Part shown: positions 19,165 to 29,015 of the stretch, in pieces
Layout of the letters: the number at the start of each line of letters is the position of its first letter
How positions within the stretch are numbered: position 1 is the stretch's first letter
Origin: Oscillospiraceae bacterium
GTDB lineage: Bacteria; Bacillota; Clostridia; UMGS1810
Assembly (NCBI GenBank): GCA_015068705.1
Contig: SVJZ01000006.1
Location: forward strand, 2,851 to 66,850
DNA length: 64,000 nucleotides
Reading direction: 5' to 3'
The notes under the pieces: model-generated
Seen by the model: the letters and a program-made list of their open reading frames with translations, nothing else
Told to the model about the DNA's origin: nothing
Databases searched by the model: none
Made by a program: the position numbers and the translations under genes

Positions 19165-19199
19165 AAAAAGGATATGTCCTTTAAGGGCATATCCTTTTT
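19165..19199. terminator. bidirectional terminator between convergent MATE and AKR genes
   Basis: Stem AAAAAGGATATGTCC / GGGCATATCCTTTTT (one G-U pair), loop TTTAA. Confidence 0.8.
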
Positions 19200-19203
19200 C
19201 TGC

Positions 19204-20154
19204 TTATATATTGAGTTCTTTGAGTTTGGCATCAATCAACTGCATTTCTTTATCGGTAAGCGTCCATTTGAATGCCTCGCAATTTTCCTTTGCCTCTTTT
19301 ACATTTCGCACACCGCAAAGGGCGGTGCCCACATATTCTTTCTGGGTGCTCCAGTTGAGTGCAATCTGTGCCAACGGGTGCCCGTTTTTGGCAGAAACTT
19401 CATCGAGGGTGTTGAGCAACTCCATACATTTTGAAAATTTCGGTTCTTTGTAAAAATCGTAGAAGGTAAAGCGGAAATCGAGCGGATCCCAATCGGGGAT
19501 GGAACGGATTGCACCGGTTAAGATACCCGACCCCAGGCTGCCGTAAGAGAAAGAGGAAATTCCTTTTTCGTCGCACCACTGCATGAGTTCCTTTTCGGAT
19601 TCATTTACCATGGAGTAGGGCGGTTGAAACGCATCAATCATGGTAGTTTTCAGGCACTCTTCAATCATAGGCTTGTCAAAGTTTGAAACACCGATATAAC
19701 GGATTTTACCTTGCTTTTTTAGTTCCAGCATGGCATCCATGGTTTCTGCGATGGGGGTATTGGCATCCGGCCAGTGTACAAAGTAAAAGTCGATATAATC
19801 CACACCGAGTCTTCTCAAAGAATTCTCACATTCTGTAAAACACGCCTTTCGGGAGGCATCTCTCGGAATAACTCCAGCGGTATCCAAACCGTCACCAATA
19901 CCGAATTTGGTGGAGATAAATACTTTGCCGCGATATCCACCCTTGAGAGCGCGACCCACAATTTCTTCGGATGCGCCGCAGTTGTATGCAGGGGCAGTGT
20001 CAATGAGGTTGACACCGTTATCAATCATATAATGGATGGCATCGATGGAGTCTTTTTCGTTTACCTCGCCATATCTGGCGCCGCCGATTGCCCAGGTGCC
20101 GATGGCAAGAGAGGAAACTTCCACATGTGCGTTTTTAAAATATTTATATCTCAT
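19204..20154 (-). CDS. aldo/keto reductase
   Basis: Motifs: GVNLIDTAPAYNCGASEEIVGRAL, YFVHWPD, IRYIGVSNF. A GGAGGT SD precedes the ATG. Confidence 0.9.
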   Translation of the reverse strand: MRYKYFKNAHVEVSSLAIGTWAIGGARYGEVNEKDSIDAIHYMIDNGVNLIDTAPAYNCGASEEIVGRALKGGYRGKVFISTKFGIGDGLDTAGVIPRDASRKACFTECENSLRRLGVDYIDFYFVHWPDANTPIAETMDAMLELKKQGKIRYIGVSNFDKPMIEECLKTTMIDAFQPPYSMVNESEKELMQWCDEKGISSFSYGSLGSGILTGAIRSIPDWDPLDFRFTFYDFYKEPKFSKCMELLNTLDEVSAKNGHPLAQIALNWSTQKEYVGTALCGVRNVKEAKENCEAFKWTLTDKEMQLIDAKLKELNI

Positions 20155-20357
20155 GTTTTTACCTCCGTAAATGGATTTGGCTTTATTTTAGCATGAAAAT
20201 GGCGATGTTGCAATAGAGAGGGGGTATACGTTTGGTGGAGTTGAAAAAAGGGAAAAAAGTATGCAAATAATGGGTGAGATGGTTGCTATTTTTGCTTTTT
20301 TGTGATAGGATAGGTTATGTTATGTGAATTTTTATGTTACAATACAATGAGGTGCTG

Positions 20358-21029
20358 ATGGTGAAGCGAATCAATTATGAATTATGGCTATTTTATACGG
20401 CGGTGTTTATCGGCGGTTTTTTTGGTGGATATGCTATGATGCGCAGTGGTATGTTTGCGTCGTCCCAGACCATGAATATTATTTCCATGGCACTCAATTT
20501 GCTGGAGTGTGATTTTGGAGAGTTTCTGGTGCGGTTCGGCATTATGGTATTATATGCCGGTGCCATTGCGCTAGGGGTACTTGTTCCAAGATACACCAGG
20601 TGGGATATACGATTGTTGAGCATAGGGGTAACCGCCCTTGCATCTTTGGTGATGGCGTTCATTCCACCCCGTATCACAAGCACGCTTTCTCTGCTTCCGA
20701 TATTTGTAGCGATGGCGTTGCAGTGGAGTGCCTTTCCGGGGGCAATAGGGTATCAGGCGGCGTGCATTTTTCTTACCAATAACTTCCGGCAGACGGTTCT
20801 GGGTGGGGTAAACTACCTGTGTACCAAAGAAAAACAATACATATCTCAGTTTTTGTTTTATGCAGGGGACATATTCTTTTTCTTTTTGGGATTTGTGGTG
20901 TGCTATGTGGGCATCAAATTTGCAGGATTTCGTTCTGTGGCAATACTTTTGCCGGTGACTGTGTTGATGTTTGGGTTGATTTTGAACGAAAAGAAAACGA
21001 CTTGCAGTACAACACAGAGAACGTTATGA
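20358..21029 (+). CDS. YoaK-family (DUF1275) membrane protein
   Basis: Multi-pass hydrophobic protein with FIGGFFGGYAMMRSGMFASSQTMN at the N-terminus. The start is ATG 20358 or GTG 20361, after a GAGGTG SD. Confidence 0.65.
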   Translation: MVKRINYELWLFYTAVFIGGFFGGYAMMRSGMFASSQTMNIISMALNLLECDFGEFLVRFGIMVLYAGAIALGVLVPRYTRWDIRLLSIGVTALASLVMAFIPPRITSTLSLLPIFVAMALQWSAFPGAIGYQAACIFLTNNFRQTVLGGVNYLCTKEKQYISQFLFYAGDIFFFFLGFVVCYVGIKFAGFRSVAILLPVTVLMFGLILNEKKTTCSTTQRTL

Positions 21030-21077
21030 GGAAATCATTCAAAAGTGCACCGGAATTGGATCAAAGGGGGATTTGTT

Positions 21078-21719
21078 TTGTTTGAAAAAGCAGTAATACT
21101 GGATATGGATGGTACCATTCTTGATTCCATGCCGGCATGGGAAAATGTGGGTGGCGATTATTTGCGTTCGCATGGGGTAACACCACCGGACGGATTTGTT
21201 AATACGGTTCGTGCGATGAGTTTTGAAGAATCGTCGCGGTATATGGTGGATGAATTTTCGCTTCCCGTAACCTATGAAGAACTGATGCAGGCGATTTTTG
21301 ATGCAGTTGCTAACAAGTATCGGCATCAATTGTTGTTAAAACCGGATGCAGGGGAGTTTGTGCGTGCGTTACACCAAAACGGGATTCCGGTGTGTATTGC
21401 CACGGCTACCAATATAGAGCTGGCAAAGGCGGCGATGGAACGTTTGAACATGACCGGATATCTGGAGTTTATCCTTTCGTGCGACGAGGTGGGGTCTGGC
21501 AAAGAACGTCCGGATGTGTTTTTGGAGGCGGCGCGCAGAATGGGCGTTTGTCCGCAGGATACCTGGGTATTTGAAGATTCTTTGATGTGCATACGCACCG
21601 CAAAGGGTGCAGGGTTTCGTACGGTGGGGATCTGGGATGCGGCATCTTCTGGTAATTGGGAAGAAATCTGCCGTGTGGCAGACCGCGCTGTTAAGAGTTT
21701 TGATGAGCTGCTGGTGTGA
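21078..21719 (+). CDS. HAD-superfamily hydrolase (beta-phosphoglucomutase/phosphatase-like)
   Basis: Motif I is ILDMDGTILDS. Also IATATN and VFEDS. TTG 21078 follows an AAAGGGGGA SD; the ORF opens at GTG 21045. Confidence 0.8.
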   Translation: MFEKAVILDMDGTILDSMPAWENVGGDYLRSHGVTPPDGFVNTVRAMSFEESSRYMVDEFSLPVTYEELMQAIFDAVANKYRHQLLLKPDAGEFVRALHQNGIPVCIATATNIELAKAAMERLNMTGYLEFILSCDEVGSGKERPDVFLEAARRMGVCPQDTWVFEDSLMCIRTAKGAGFRTVGIWDAASSGNWEEICRVADRAVKSFDELLV

Positions 21720-21778
21720 TGATGAATTTTAGAATGCCGGTGGTAAAAACCCGAAAAATATAATGAGGTGTGTAGCCA

Positions 21779-22456
21779 ATGAAGAAAAAGAAAAATTTAA
21801 TTGTTTCTTTTATTGTGATTATTTGCCTGATTGCGGTAGGGAGCGCATCGGTTTTAGGGGCGAATGCGTATGTGAAGATGATTGGCGGTAAAAGGATAAT
21901 TTCACCCGAAAAGGCGACAGAACTTACCGATGTTGATTGCATTATTATTCTTGGTTGTGGAGTGGATGCGAACGGGAACCCAAGCTGGATGCTTGAAGAC
22001 AGGCTGAAAAAGGGAATTGAACTATATAAAAAGGGGGCTGCTCATAAAATTTTAATGAGCGGCGACCATGGAAGGAAATTTTATGATGAAGTCAATACAA
22101 TGAAACAATTTGCGATGGATACGGGAGTTCCGTCGAGTGACATTTTTATGGATCACGCCGGATTTTCCACCTATGAGAGTATGTACCGTGCAAAAGAGAT
22201 ATTTGAGGCGGAGTCTGTGATTATCGTGACGCAGGAATATCATTTGTACAGAGCGGTTTATATTGCGGAAAAGCTGGGGTTAAAAGCATATGGTGTGAGC
22301 GCAACCGAACGCGTTTATGGCGGGGAAACATATTTTGAACAGAGAGAAATTCTTGCAAGGTGCAAGGACTTTCTCATAACCATTTTAAAACCGAAACCGA
22401 CATATTTGGGAGAGGTTATTCCTGTAAGTGGTGATGGGAATATCACAAATGATTGA
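21779..22456 (+). CDS. SanA/YdcF-family (DUF218) membrane-anchored protein
   Basis: N-terminal TM segment. Motifs: DCIIILGCGV, ILMSGDHG, MDHAGFSTYESMYRAKEIF. Confidence 0.8.
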   Translation: MKKKKNLIVSFIVIICLIAVGSASVLGANAYVKMIGGKRIISPEKATELTDVDCIIILGCGVDANGNPSWMLEDRLKKGIELYKKGAAHKILMSGDHGRKFYDEVNTMKQFAMDTGVPSSDIFMDHAGFSTYESMYRAKEIFEAESVIIVTQEYHLYRAVYIAEKLGLKAYGVSATERVYGGETYFEQREILARCKDFLITILKPKPTYLGEVIPVSGDGNITND

Positions 22457-22629
22457 GAAAACGGCGCATTCAGGGGTGTTTCGCGTTGTGCGTGTAACGT
22501 ACAGGCAGACAAAAACCGAGGTTATGTTACACAAATATTAAATCTGTAAAGAAAAAGCTTTATTTCTGAAAAAAAGTATGTTATACTATATCTAACTGTA
22601 AATTTGTATGCGATTTTTGAGGTGAACAC

Positions 22630-23706
22630 ATGTTTGACAAGTTATCCTTCATCGAGGAACGGTTTGCAGATTTGGAGCAAAAAATCAGCAATCCTGACAT
22701 CATTGCCGATCAGGAAACATGGCGCAAGCTTTGTAAAGAACGGTCGGATTTAGAGCCTATCGTTGCCAAATATAAAGAATATAAGCTATTGCTTGAAAAC
22801 ATCGAGGAAGCCAAGGAAATGCTTTCCGGTCAGTTGGAAAAGGATTTTCGCGAGATGGTGGAACTTGAGTTGGACGAGTGCAAAGCGCAGATTCCCGGGG
22901 TGGAGGATGCTCTTAAAATTCTGCTTTTGCCCAAAGACCCCAATGACGAAAAGAATGTTATCGTGGAAATCCGTGGCGGTGCAGGAGGGGATGAGGCGGC
23001 ACTCTTTGCCGGAGATTTGCTCCGGATGTATTCCATGTATGCCGAAACGCGCCGTTGGAAGGTGGAAATGCTCAATGCAAATCAGACCGACATTGGCGGT
23101 TATAAAGAGGTTTCCTTTGCTATCAATGGCGAGAGTGCATACAGCCGGTTGAAATTTGAGAGCGGTGTGCACCGTGTACAAAGAATCCCTGCAACCGAAT
23201 CGGGTGGCAGAATTCATACATCCACCGTAACGGTGGCAGTATTGCCCGAGGTGGAGGAAGTGGAAATCGACATCAATCCCAATGACCTGCGCATTGATGT
23301 ATTTCGTGCAGGCGGACCGGGTGGACAGTGCGTAAACACCACCGATTCGGCGGTTCGTATCACTCACTTGCCTACCGGTCTTGTGGTAAGTTGTCAGGAT
23401 GAAAAATCCCAACATAAAAACAAAGACAAGGCAATGAAAATTTTGCGTTCGCGTATTTTTGACAAGGCGTTGCAGGAACAAAATGCCGCCATTTCGGCAG
23501 AACGCAAAAGTCAGGTGGGTACCGGTGACCGGAGCGAACGAATCCGCACCTATAATTTCCCGCAAGGGCGAGTAACCGACCATCGGATCGGGCTTACCCT
23601 GCATCGGTTGGAATCCGTGCTCAACGGTGATCTGGATGAAGTCATTGATGCGCTCATCACCACCGACCAGAGCGAAAAACTCAAATACAGCAATTCGGGT
23701 GAATAG
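22630..23706 (+). CDS. prfA: peptide chain release factor 1
   Basis: GGQ motif ([25 protein letters not shown]) and the RF1-specific PxT tripeptide (RIPATES). Confidence 0.97.
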   Translation: MFDKLSFIEERFADLEQKISNPDIIADQETWRKLCKERSDLEPIVAKYKEYKLLLENIEEAKEMLSGQLEKDFREMVELELDECKAQIPGVEDALKILLLPKDPNDEKNVIVEIRGGAGGDEAALFAGDLLRMYSMYAETRRWKVEMLNANQTDIGGYKEVSFAINGESAYSRLKFESGVHRVQRIPATESGGRIHTSTVTVAVLPEVEEVEIDINPNDLRIDVFRAGGPGGQCVNTTDSAVRITHLPTGLVVSCQDEKSQHKNKDKAMKILRSRIFDKALQEQNAAISAERKSQVGTGDRSERIRTYNFPQGRVTDHRIGLTLHRLESVLNGDLDEVIDALITTDQSEKLKYSNSGE

Positions 23707-23707
23707 A

Positions 23708-24712
23708 TTGAATACCAAGGTGATTACAGCGGAATATCTTTCCCAGGCAGCGCAGGCACTGCGTGATGGCGGAACGGTTGTGTTTCCGACCGAAACGGTG
23801 TATGGGCTGGGGGCTGACGGGTTAAATGACGCGGCAGTCGGGAAAATATACGAGGCGAAAGGTCGCCCGGGCGATAATCCGTTGATTATCCATATTGCAG
23901 ACAAGGCTGATGTGGCACAACTGGTTCGGGAAATACCTCCCGCAGCACAACTTCTGATGCAGCGATACTGGCCGGGGCCGCTTACCCTTATTTTCCCCAA
24001 ATCCGAACGGGTGGGGCGGGTGGTAACCGCAGGTCTGGACACGGTGGCGGTGCGTATGCCGTCCAACCGGATTGCAAGAGCGCTCATCCGTGAAAGCGGC
24101 GTGTATGTTGCCGCACCTTCTGCGAACCTCTCGGGCAGCCCAAGCCCGACTACTGTGGAACATGTGATTGACGATCTGGATGGCAGAGTAAACTTTATCA
24201 TAGACGGCACCGGTTGTGAAATCGGTCTGGAATCCACCGTGGTGGATGTGAGTGTGACACCACCGGTATTGCTTCGTCCAGGAGCGGTTACCCTCGAAGA
24301 ATTAAGGGAACTTTTTCCGGACATTGTGACAGGCAGACAGGAAGAAGAAAACGCGCCCAAATGTCCCGGGATGAAATACACGCATTATGCGCCAAAAGCG
24401 CAGGTGACTGTGGTGTATGGACCAAAGGGCAGGCGGCAGGAATATATCAAAGAGTGCCTGAAAGGTGAGCCAAACGCAGGCGTTTTAACATACCGGGGCG
24501 GGCGTTATGAAGATGCCAAACTGGTAATTGATGCCGGTGAAAGTATGCAAGCGTATGCATCCGGCTTGTTTGCCAATCTGCGCAACTTTGACACACATCA
24601 AATCCGTGTGATTTATGCTGAATTTGAACAGGCGGGCGGCATGGGCCGTGCAGTACAGAATCGTCTTTACAAAGCAGCAGGATACCGCGTGATTAATTTA
24701 TATGAAAAGTGA
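23708..24712 (+). CDS. tsaC: L-threonylcarbamoyladenylate synthase (Sua5/YwlC type, two-domain)
   Basis: Motifs: VVFPTETVYGLGA, KGRPGDNPLIIH, VAVRMP, APSANLSG. TTG 23708 lies immediately after the prfA stop. The upstream ORF extension overlaps prfA and is discounted. Confidence 0.9.
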   Translation: MNTKVITAEYLSQAAQALRDGGTVVFPTETVYGLGADGLNDAAVGKIYEAKGRPGDNPLIIHIADKADVAQLVREIPPAAQLLMQRYWPGPLTLIFPKSERVGRVVTAGLDTVAVRMPSNRIARALIRESGVYVAAPSANLSGSPSPTTVEHVIDDLDGRVNFIIDGTGCEIGLESTVVDVSVTPPVLLRPGAVTLEELRELFPDIVTGRQEEENAPKCPGMKYTHYAPKAQVTVVYGPKGRRQEYIKECLKGEPNAGVLTYRGGRYEDAKLVIDAGESMQAYASGLFANLRNFDTHQIRVIYAEFEQAGGMGRAVQNRLYKAAGYRVINLYEK

Positions 24713-24728
24713 GGAGAAAATCAAAACT

Positions 24729-25187
24729 ATGAACATTCTTTTGGTCTGTACGGGTAATACGTGCAGAAGTCCGATGGCAAAAGGACTATTGGAAAAACTG
24801 CTCGACGAAGAAGGCTATCACAGTATTAACGTAGACTCGGCCGGTATTAACGTGTACGTGTCTACGGAAGCCAGTGAAAATGCAATCCAAGTGATGCGGG
24901 ATATGGATATTGATATTTCGGATCATATGTCACGTCAGGTGACACGGGAGGATATTGAAGAGGCAGATATCATTCTTGGCATGACTCCCAGTCATCGAAA
25001 TGTGCTCATTGACCTCTATCCGCAGTATGCTGATAAGTTTCATACCTTAAAAGAATATGCCTTTGGCATTGATGAGGCAATATCCGATCCGTTTGGCGAG
25101 GATATTGAGGCGTATGCAGAATGTGCGACGGAAATTTCTGAGGCAATTGAGGCAGTGTTCCAAAAGATAAAAGAAGATGAGGTTTGA
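24729..25187 (+). CDS. low-molecular-weight protein phosphatase (YwlE-like arginine/tyrosine phosphatase)
   Basis: CX5R(S/T) P-loop: ILLVCTGNTCRSPMAKG. ATG 24729 follows a GAGGAG SD. Confidence 0.88.
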   Translation: MNILLVCTGNTCRSPMAKGLLEKLLDEEGYHSINVDSAGINVYVSTEASENAIQVMRDMDIDISDHMSRQVTREDIEEADIILGMTPSHRNVLIDLYPQYADKFHTLKEYAFGIDEAISDPFGEDIEAYAECATEISEAIEAVFQKIKEDEV

Positions 25188-25611
25188 TTGTTTACATGCC
25201 GATTATATCGGCGAAATTGTTGCAATAGAACGGGCGTGCTTTGCAGACCCGTGGTCGCAGCGCCAGTTTGAGCAAGAACTTTCCAATGAGCTTGCGCATT
25301 ATGTGGTTGCGCTGATGGATGATCAGGTTGTTGGTTATGGCGGCGTTTGGTCCATCAGCGGAGAGGGGAATATCACCAACATTGCAGTGCATCCGGATTT
25401 TCGCAAACGCGGTATCGGACAAGCAGTGGTGGAACGGTTGATCTCCTATGCGCAGGAACTTGGGTTGGAATTTCTCACACTGGAAGTGCGCGAAAGTAAT
25501 CAAGGTGCCATTTCTCTGTACCGGAAAAACGGGTTTGAGCAGGTGGGGGCACGAAAGGGCTATTATGCCGACAATGGTGAAACTGCCCTGTTGATGACAA
25601 AATATCTGTAA
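25177..25611 (+). CDS. rimI: ribosomal-protein-alanine N-acetyltransferase (GNAT)
   Basis: GNAT motif A (RKRGIGQAVVERL). Its position directly upstream of tsaD matches the conserved rimI-tsaD arrangement. Confidence 0.8.
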   Translation: MRFDCLHADYIGEIVAIERACFADPWSQRQFEQELSNELAHYVVALMDDQVVGYGGVWSISGEGNITNIAVHPDFRKRGIGQAVVERLISYAQELGLEFLTLEVRESNQGAISLYRKNGFEQVGARKGYYADNGETALLMTKYL

Positions 25612-25623
25612 GGCGGTGATGGA

Positions 25624-26634
25624 TTGGCATATATCTTAGGCATCGAGTCCTCCTGTGATGAAACCGCGGCAGCGGTAGTGCAAGACGGGCGGATGGTGCG
25701 CTCCAATGTGATTACATCTCAGATTGACATACATAAGCAGTATGGCGGCGTGGTGCCGGAAATTGCTTCCCGAAAGCATCTGGAGGCGGTCAATGCCGTT
25801 ATCGCGCAGGCAGTGGACGAGGCAGGGATTACCTTTGCTGATATTCACGCGGTGGGTGTTACCTATGCACCTGGGTTGGTAGGGGCACTGTTGGTGGGTG
25901 TGTCTGCCGCAAAGGCACTTGCCTATGCATTGGGAGTACCGCTGATTCCCGTGCATCACATTCGTGGTCATATTTGCGCCAACTATATTGCGCATCCGGA
26001 GCTGGAACCGCCGTTTTTGTGCCTTGTGGCATCGGGTGGACATAGTCATATTGTGTTGGTGGAAAGTTATACCGGTTACCGCATCCTTGGAAGAACCCGG
26101 GATGATGCGGCTGGTGAGGCGTTTGACAAGGTGGCACGGGTACTGGGGTTGGGTTATCCCGGCGGACCGGCAATCTCCAAAGCCGCACTTGACGGTGATG
26201 AAAATGCAGTAAAATTCAAAAAAGTTTCCTTTGGTGAAGGAAATCGTGATTTTAGTTTTAGCGGAATCAAAACCGGTGTGATCAATCACCTGCACAATTT
26301 AGAACAAAAGGGGATTGCGTACCGGAAAGAGGATATTGCCGCAAGCTTTCAGAAATCGGTGGTGGAAACACTGGTTGACCATTTGCTGGAAGCAGCAGAA
26401 GAACATCATGTAAACAAAATTGCACTGGCTGGTGGTGTGGCGTCCAACAAGCGATTACGCGAGGAATTGGAAAGCCGTGCCGAGGGACGTGAGATTTATT
26501 ATCCGGCTCCGGTACTTTGCACCGACAATGCGGCGATGATTGCATCCTGTGCTTATTATGAGTGGGGAGCAGGAAATATCGCGGATTTGTCTCTTAATGC
26601 AATTCCCAACCTGGAAATTGACACCCTGACTTAA
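25624..26634 (+). CDS. tsaD: tRNA N6-adenosine threonylcarbamoyltransferase
   Basis: Motifs: [39 protein letters not shown] start after an AAGGCGGTGA SD. Confidence 0.95.
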   Translation: MAYILGIESSCDETAAAVVQDGRMVRSNVITSQIDIHKQYGGVVPEIASRKHLEAVNAVIAQAVDEAGITFADIHAVGVTYAPGLVGALLVGVSAAKALAYALGVPLIPVHHIRGHICANYIAHPELEPPFLCLVASGGHSHIVLVESYTGYRILGRTRDDAAGEAFDKVARVLGLGYPGGPAISKAALDGDENAVKFKKVSFGEGNRDFSFSGIKTGVINHLHNLEQKGIAYRKEDIAASFQKSVVETLVDHLLEAAEEHHVNKIALAGGVASNKRLREELESRAEGREIYYPAPVLCTDNAAMIASCAYYEWGAGNIADLSLNAIPNLEIDTLT

Positions 26635-26713
26635 TGTTGTTACCTTATGCGTTGTGCCATGTGCAGCGCATTGTAAATGAAATACAATATAATTATATAA
26701 GGAGGGTTTACCC

Positions 26714-28549
26714 ATGAAAAAGAGAATGAGAGGTTTGTTGGCAGTTGTATTGCTGCTTGCACTGACGGTGACGCAGGTGTTTGCGGCTACTTTCCCGGAT
26801 GTTCCGTCCGAGAAGTACAGTTGGGCAGTGAAGGAAATCGATTCCATGGCATCCGACGGCATCGTAAAAGGTTTTGAGGATGGCACATTCCGCCCTGAAA
26901 ACGTGGTTACCAAACTGGATGCACTGCTGTTGGTTGCTCGTATTCTGGGCGCAAATGACAGCGAAAACGAACTGCTTTGTGAGGTTGCTGCCGAGGTATT
27001 TGGCGATGTTGTGGATGGATTTGAGTTGCCTTATGGTAAGAACGAGATTGCATTTCTTCTGATGAAGGGTGTGATGACCGAGGATGAACTCAAGGATTAT
27101 GTGACCAGCGACAACCGTAGCAACGGTTTGAAACGTTATGAAGTTGCCATGCTCCTGACCAAGGCAATGGGCGCAGAGGCAAGCGTGAAAGAATCGGTGA
27201 TCAGTGTACTGGAATATTCCGATACTACCGAAATCCCTGCCAATGCGAAAAAATATGTGGAGTATGTAACCACTCAGGGTCTGATGCAGGGTATGGATGC
27301 AGAACTCAATACATTTGTTCCCATGGGCAATGTAACCCGCGCGCAGGCAGCAGTTGTACTTTCCAAACTGCGTGACAAGATGGCATATGAGAATCTGCAG
27401 GGTATTGTGACCAGCGTGGATGCAACCGGCAAAACCATCAAGATCAAAGGAATTGATGGCGAGAGCTACGGATATACTGTGCTAAACAGTGTTGCTCTGC
27501 GGTTTGAGGGCGATTTGATTGCCCTTTCGGATGTAAAAGCCGGCATGGAAGTGGTAATTACCCTGAGCAACGATGCTTTGTTTGCACTGGATTTTGTTAC
27601 TGCACAGGTGGACGAAGAAGTTTCCGGCAAGATTAAGAGCGTGGTACGGGATGTACAGTATGGCACCACCATCAAGATTGACAAAGGCAATCTGGCAAAG
27701 GCAGATGTTGTGGAGTACAAGGTATCCGATTCTGTTGTGGTAACTTACAACGGCAAAGCCGCTACTCTCAATGATGTTAAGAGCAACGATTATGCTGTGC
27801 TGACCGTAAAGGGCGGCAAGGTAACCGTAATTGCAGCGGAAGCCGGCAGCAAGAAAGTAAGCGGTTCTGTTCTTGAAATTGGTTTTGACCCCACGCTGAA
27901 CATTACCATCTCGGTTAATGGCAGTGACGAGGAAAATTACGAGGTAAACAGCGATGTTGCAGTGATCAAGAATGGCGAGCACGCTGATATGCGTGAAATT
28001 CTGGTTGGTGACCGTGTAACTTTGACCATCAAGAGCAATACGGTTGCAGAGATTGACGCTACCAGCACTACCACCACCAAAAACGGCGTGGTTGATTCTC
28101 TCTACATTTCTTCCAACGGTTGTGAGATTGGATTGAAAGTGGATGGCAAAGTAACCGAGTATCCGCTTGCTTCCAATGCACAGATTTCGTTGGACGGCAG
28201 AGATGGCAACATGTATGATTTGCGTGTGGGCGTGGGTGCAAAGGTGAAGGTGGAGAGCAACACCATCGTTTCCATCAATACCAGTGCGGTTGAAACGGTA
28301 ACCCAGATGCAGGGCAAGATCGAAGTGATGAATGCTTCTTACGGCATGATTCAGATTACCTATTATGACAGTGCACTTTCCCAGCAACGTACCGAACAGA
28401 TTTTCATCAAGGATAATGCCAAGATTGTGGACAACACCACCGGCAGAGATATCAAGGTGAAAAATCTTGAGGTTGGAAAGACGGTATCTGTAATCGGTGC
28501 GCTCAACAATGGCGTATTTGAGGCAAGCACGGTTATCGTAATCGGCTAA
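26714..28549 (+). CDS. SLH-domain surface protein with five tandem ~70-80 aa beta modules
   Basis: Signal peptide ends in VFAATF. N-terminal SLH repeats (FPDVPSEKYSWAVKEIDSMASDGIVKGFEDGTFRPEN). Five C-terminal modules share the pattern G-x-[IV]-x-S-[VIL] .. D[VIL]..G..V. Confidence 0.85.
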   Translation: MKKRMRGLLAVVLLLALTVTQVFAATFPDVPSEKYSWAVKEIDSMASDGIVKGFEDGTFRPENVVTKLDALLLVARILGANDSENELLCEVAAEVFGDVVDGFELPYGKNEIAFLLMKGVMTEDELKDYVTSDNRSNGLKRYEVAMLLTKAMGAEASVKESVISVLEYSDTTEIPANAKKYVEYVTTQGLMQGMDAELNTFVPMGNVTRAQAAVVLSKLRDKMAYENLQGIVTSVDATGKTIKIKGIDGESYGYTVLNSVALRFEGDLIALSDVKAGMEVVITLSNDALFALDFVTAQVDEEVSGKIKSVVRDVQYGTTIKIDKGNLAKADVVEYKVSDSVVVTYNGKAATLNDVKSNDYAVLTVKGGKVTVIAAEAGSKKVSGSVLEIGFDPTLNITISVNGSDEENYEVNSDVAVIKNGEHADMREILVGDRVTLTIKSNTVAEIDATSTTTTKNGVVDSLYISSNGCEIGLKVDGKVTEYPLASNAQISLDGRDGNMYDLRVGVGAKVKVESNTIVSINTSAVETVTQMQGKIEVMNASYGMIQITYYDSALSQQRTEQIFIKDNAKIVDNTTGRDIKVKNLEVGKTVSVIGALNNGVFEASTVIVIG

Positions 28550-28559
28550 TAAGATAAAC

Positions 28560-28596
28560 AATAAATATCCCCCCGTTATACGGGGGGATATTTATT
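28560..28596 (+). terminator. strong rho-independent terminator
   Basis: Perfect 17-bp inverted repeat AATAAATATCCCCCCGT / ACGGGGGGATATTTATT with loop TAT. Confidence 0.9.
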
Positions 28597-28658
28597 ACGA
28601 TTGGTCCGGGTTGCGGTGGTGTTTTTTGCAAAAAATAGGTCGTTTTATAAAAAAGCTA

Positions 28659-28687
28659 TTGAAATAAACGAAAAAATGTTGTATAAT
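28659..28687 (+). promoter_or_regulatory. sigma-A-type promoter for the SRP RNA
   Basis: TTGAAA (28659-28664), a 17-nt spacer, then TATAAT (28682-28687). It ends 7 nt before the predicted RNA 5' end. Confidence 0.7.
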
Positions 28688-28694
28688 AATCTTT

Positions 28695-28961
28695 GGTCGT
28701 ACAGCCGGGGCGGTAGCGGTGCCCTGTACTTGCAATCCGCTATAGCAAGGGTGATGCTTTATTGAGGACTATGTTTTATACGGTTTGTGTTTTGTAAGCG
28801 GTGTTGAGAGTCGGGTCTTGCGCAACAAGTGCTCGTGAACCTGGTCAGGTGAGGAATCAAGCAGCCATAAGCGATGTTGCTTGTGTGCCGCGAGGATGCC
28901 CGATTTGAGCTGGCTGCAGAATAACGCGTATGAGGATGGCTCGACTATAAGGCGTACGACC
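28695..28961 (+). ncRNA. ffs: signal recognition particle RNA, large Bacillus-type (scRNA, ~267 nt, with Alu domain)
   Basis: Terminal helix GGTCGTAC...GTACGACC. Alu-domain segment GGCGGTAGCGGTGCCCTGTACTTGCAATCCGCTATAGCAAGG. Domain IV segment GTGAACCTGGTCAGGTGAGGAATCAAGCAGCCATAAG. The position upstream of dnaX matches B. subtilis scr-dnaX. Confidence 0.9.
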
Positions 28962-29015
28962 ATTTTGTTTTAGAAAAAACGGGTTTGTCCCGGGATGATA
29001 AAAAGGGGAATGGAC

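Noticed and set aside
22786-24381. 531-aa ORF on the minus strand
   Set aside because: It lies entirely antisense to prfA and tsaC, both of which have unambiguous motifs. It has no SD, and its Ser/Arg/Thr-rich, Cys-rich composition is typical of a shadow ORF.
27482-28561. 359-aa minus-strand ORF. Similar cases are 38204-39220, 53079-54089, 35669-36400, 43005-43670 and 51057-51791.
   Set aside because: All are antisense to confidently identified + strand genes. They have low-complexity or His/Cys/Arg-rich translations and no ribosome-binding sites.
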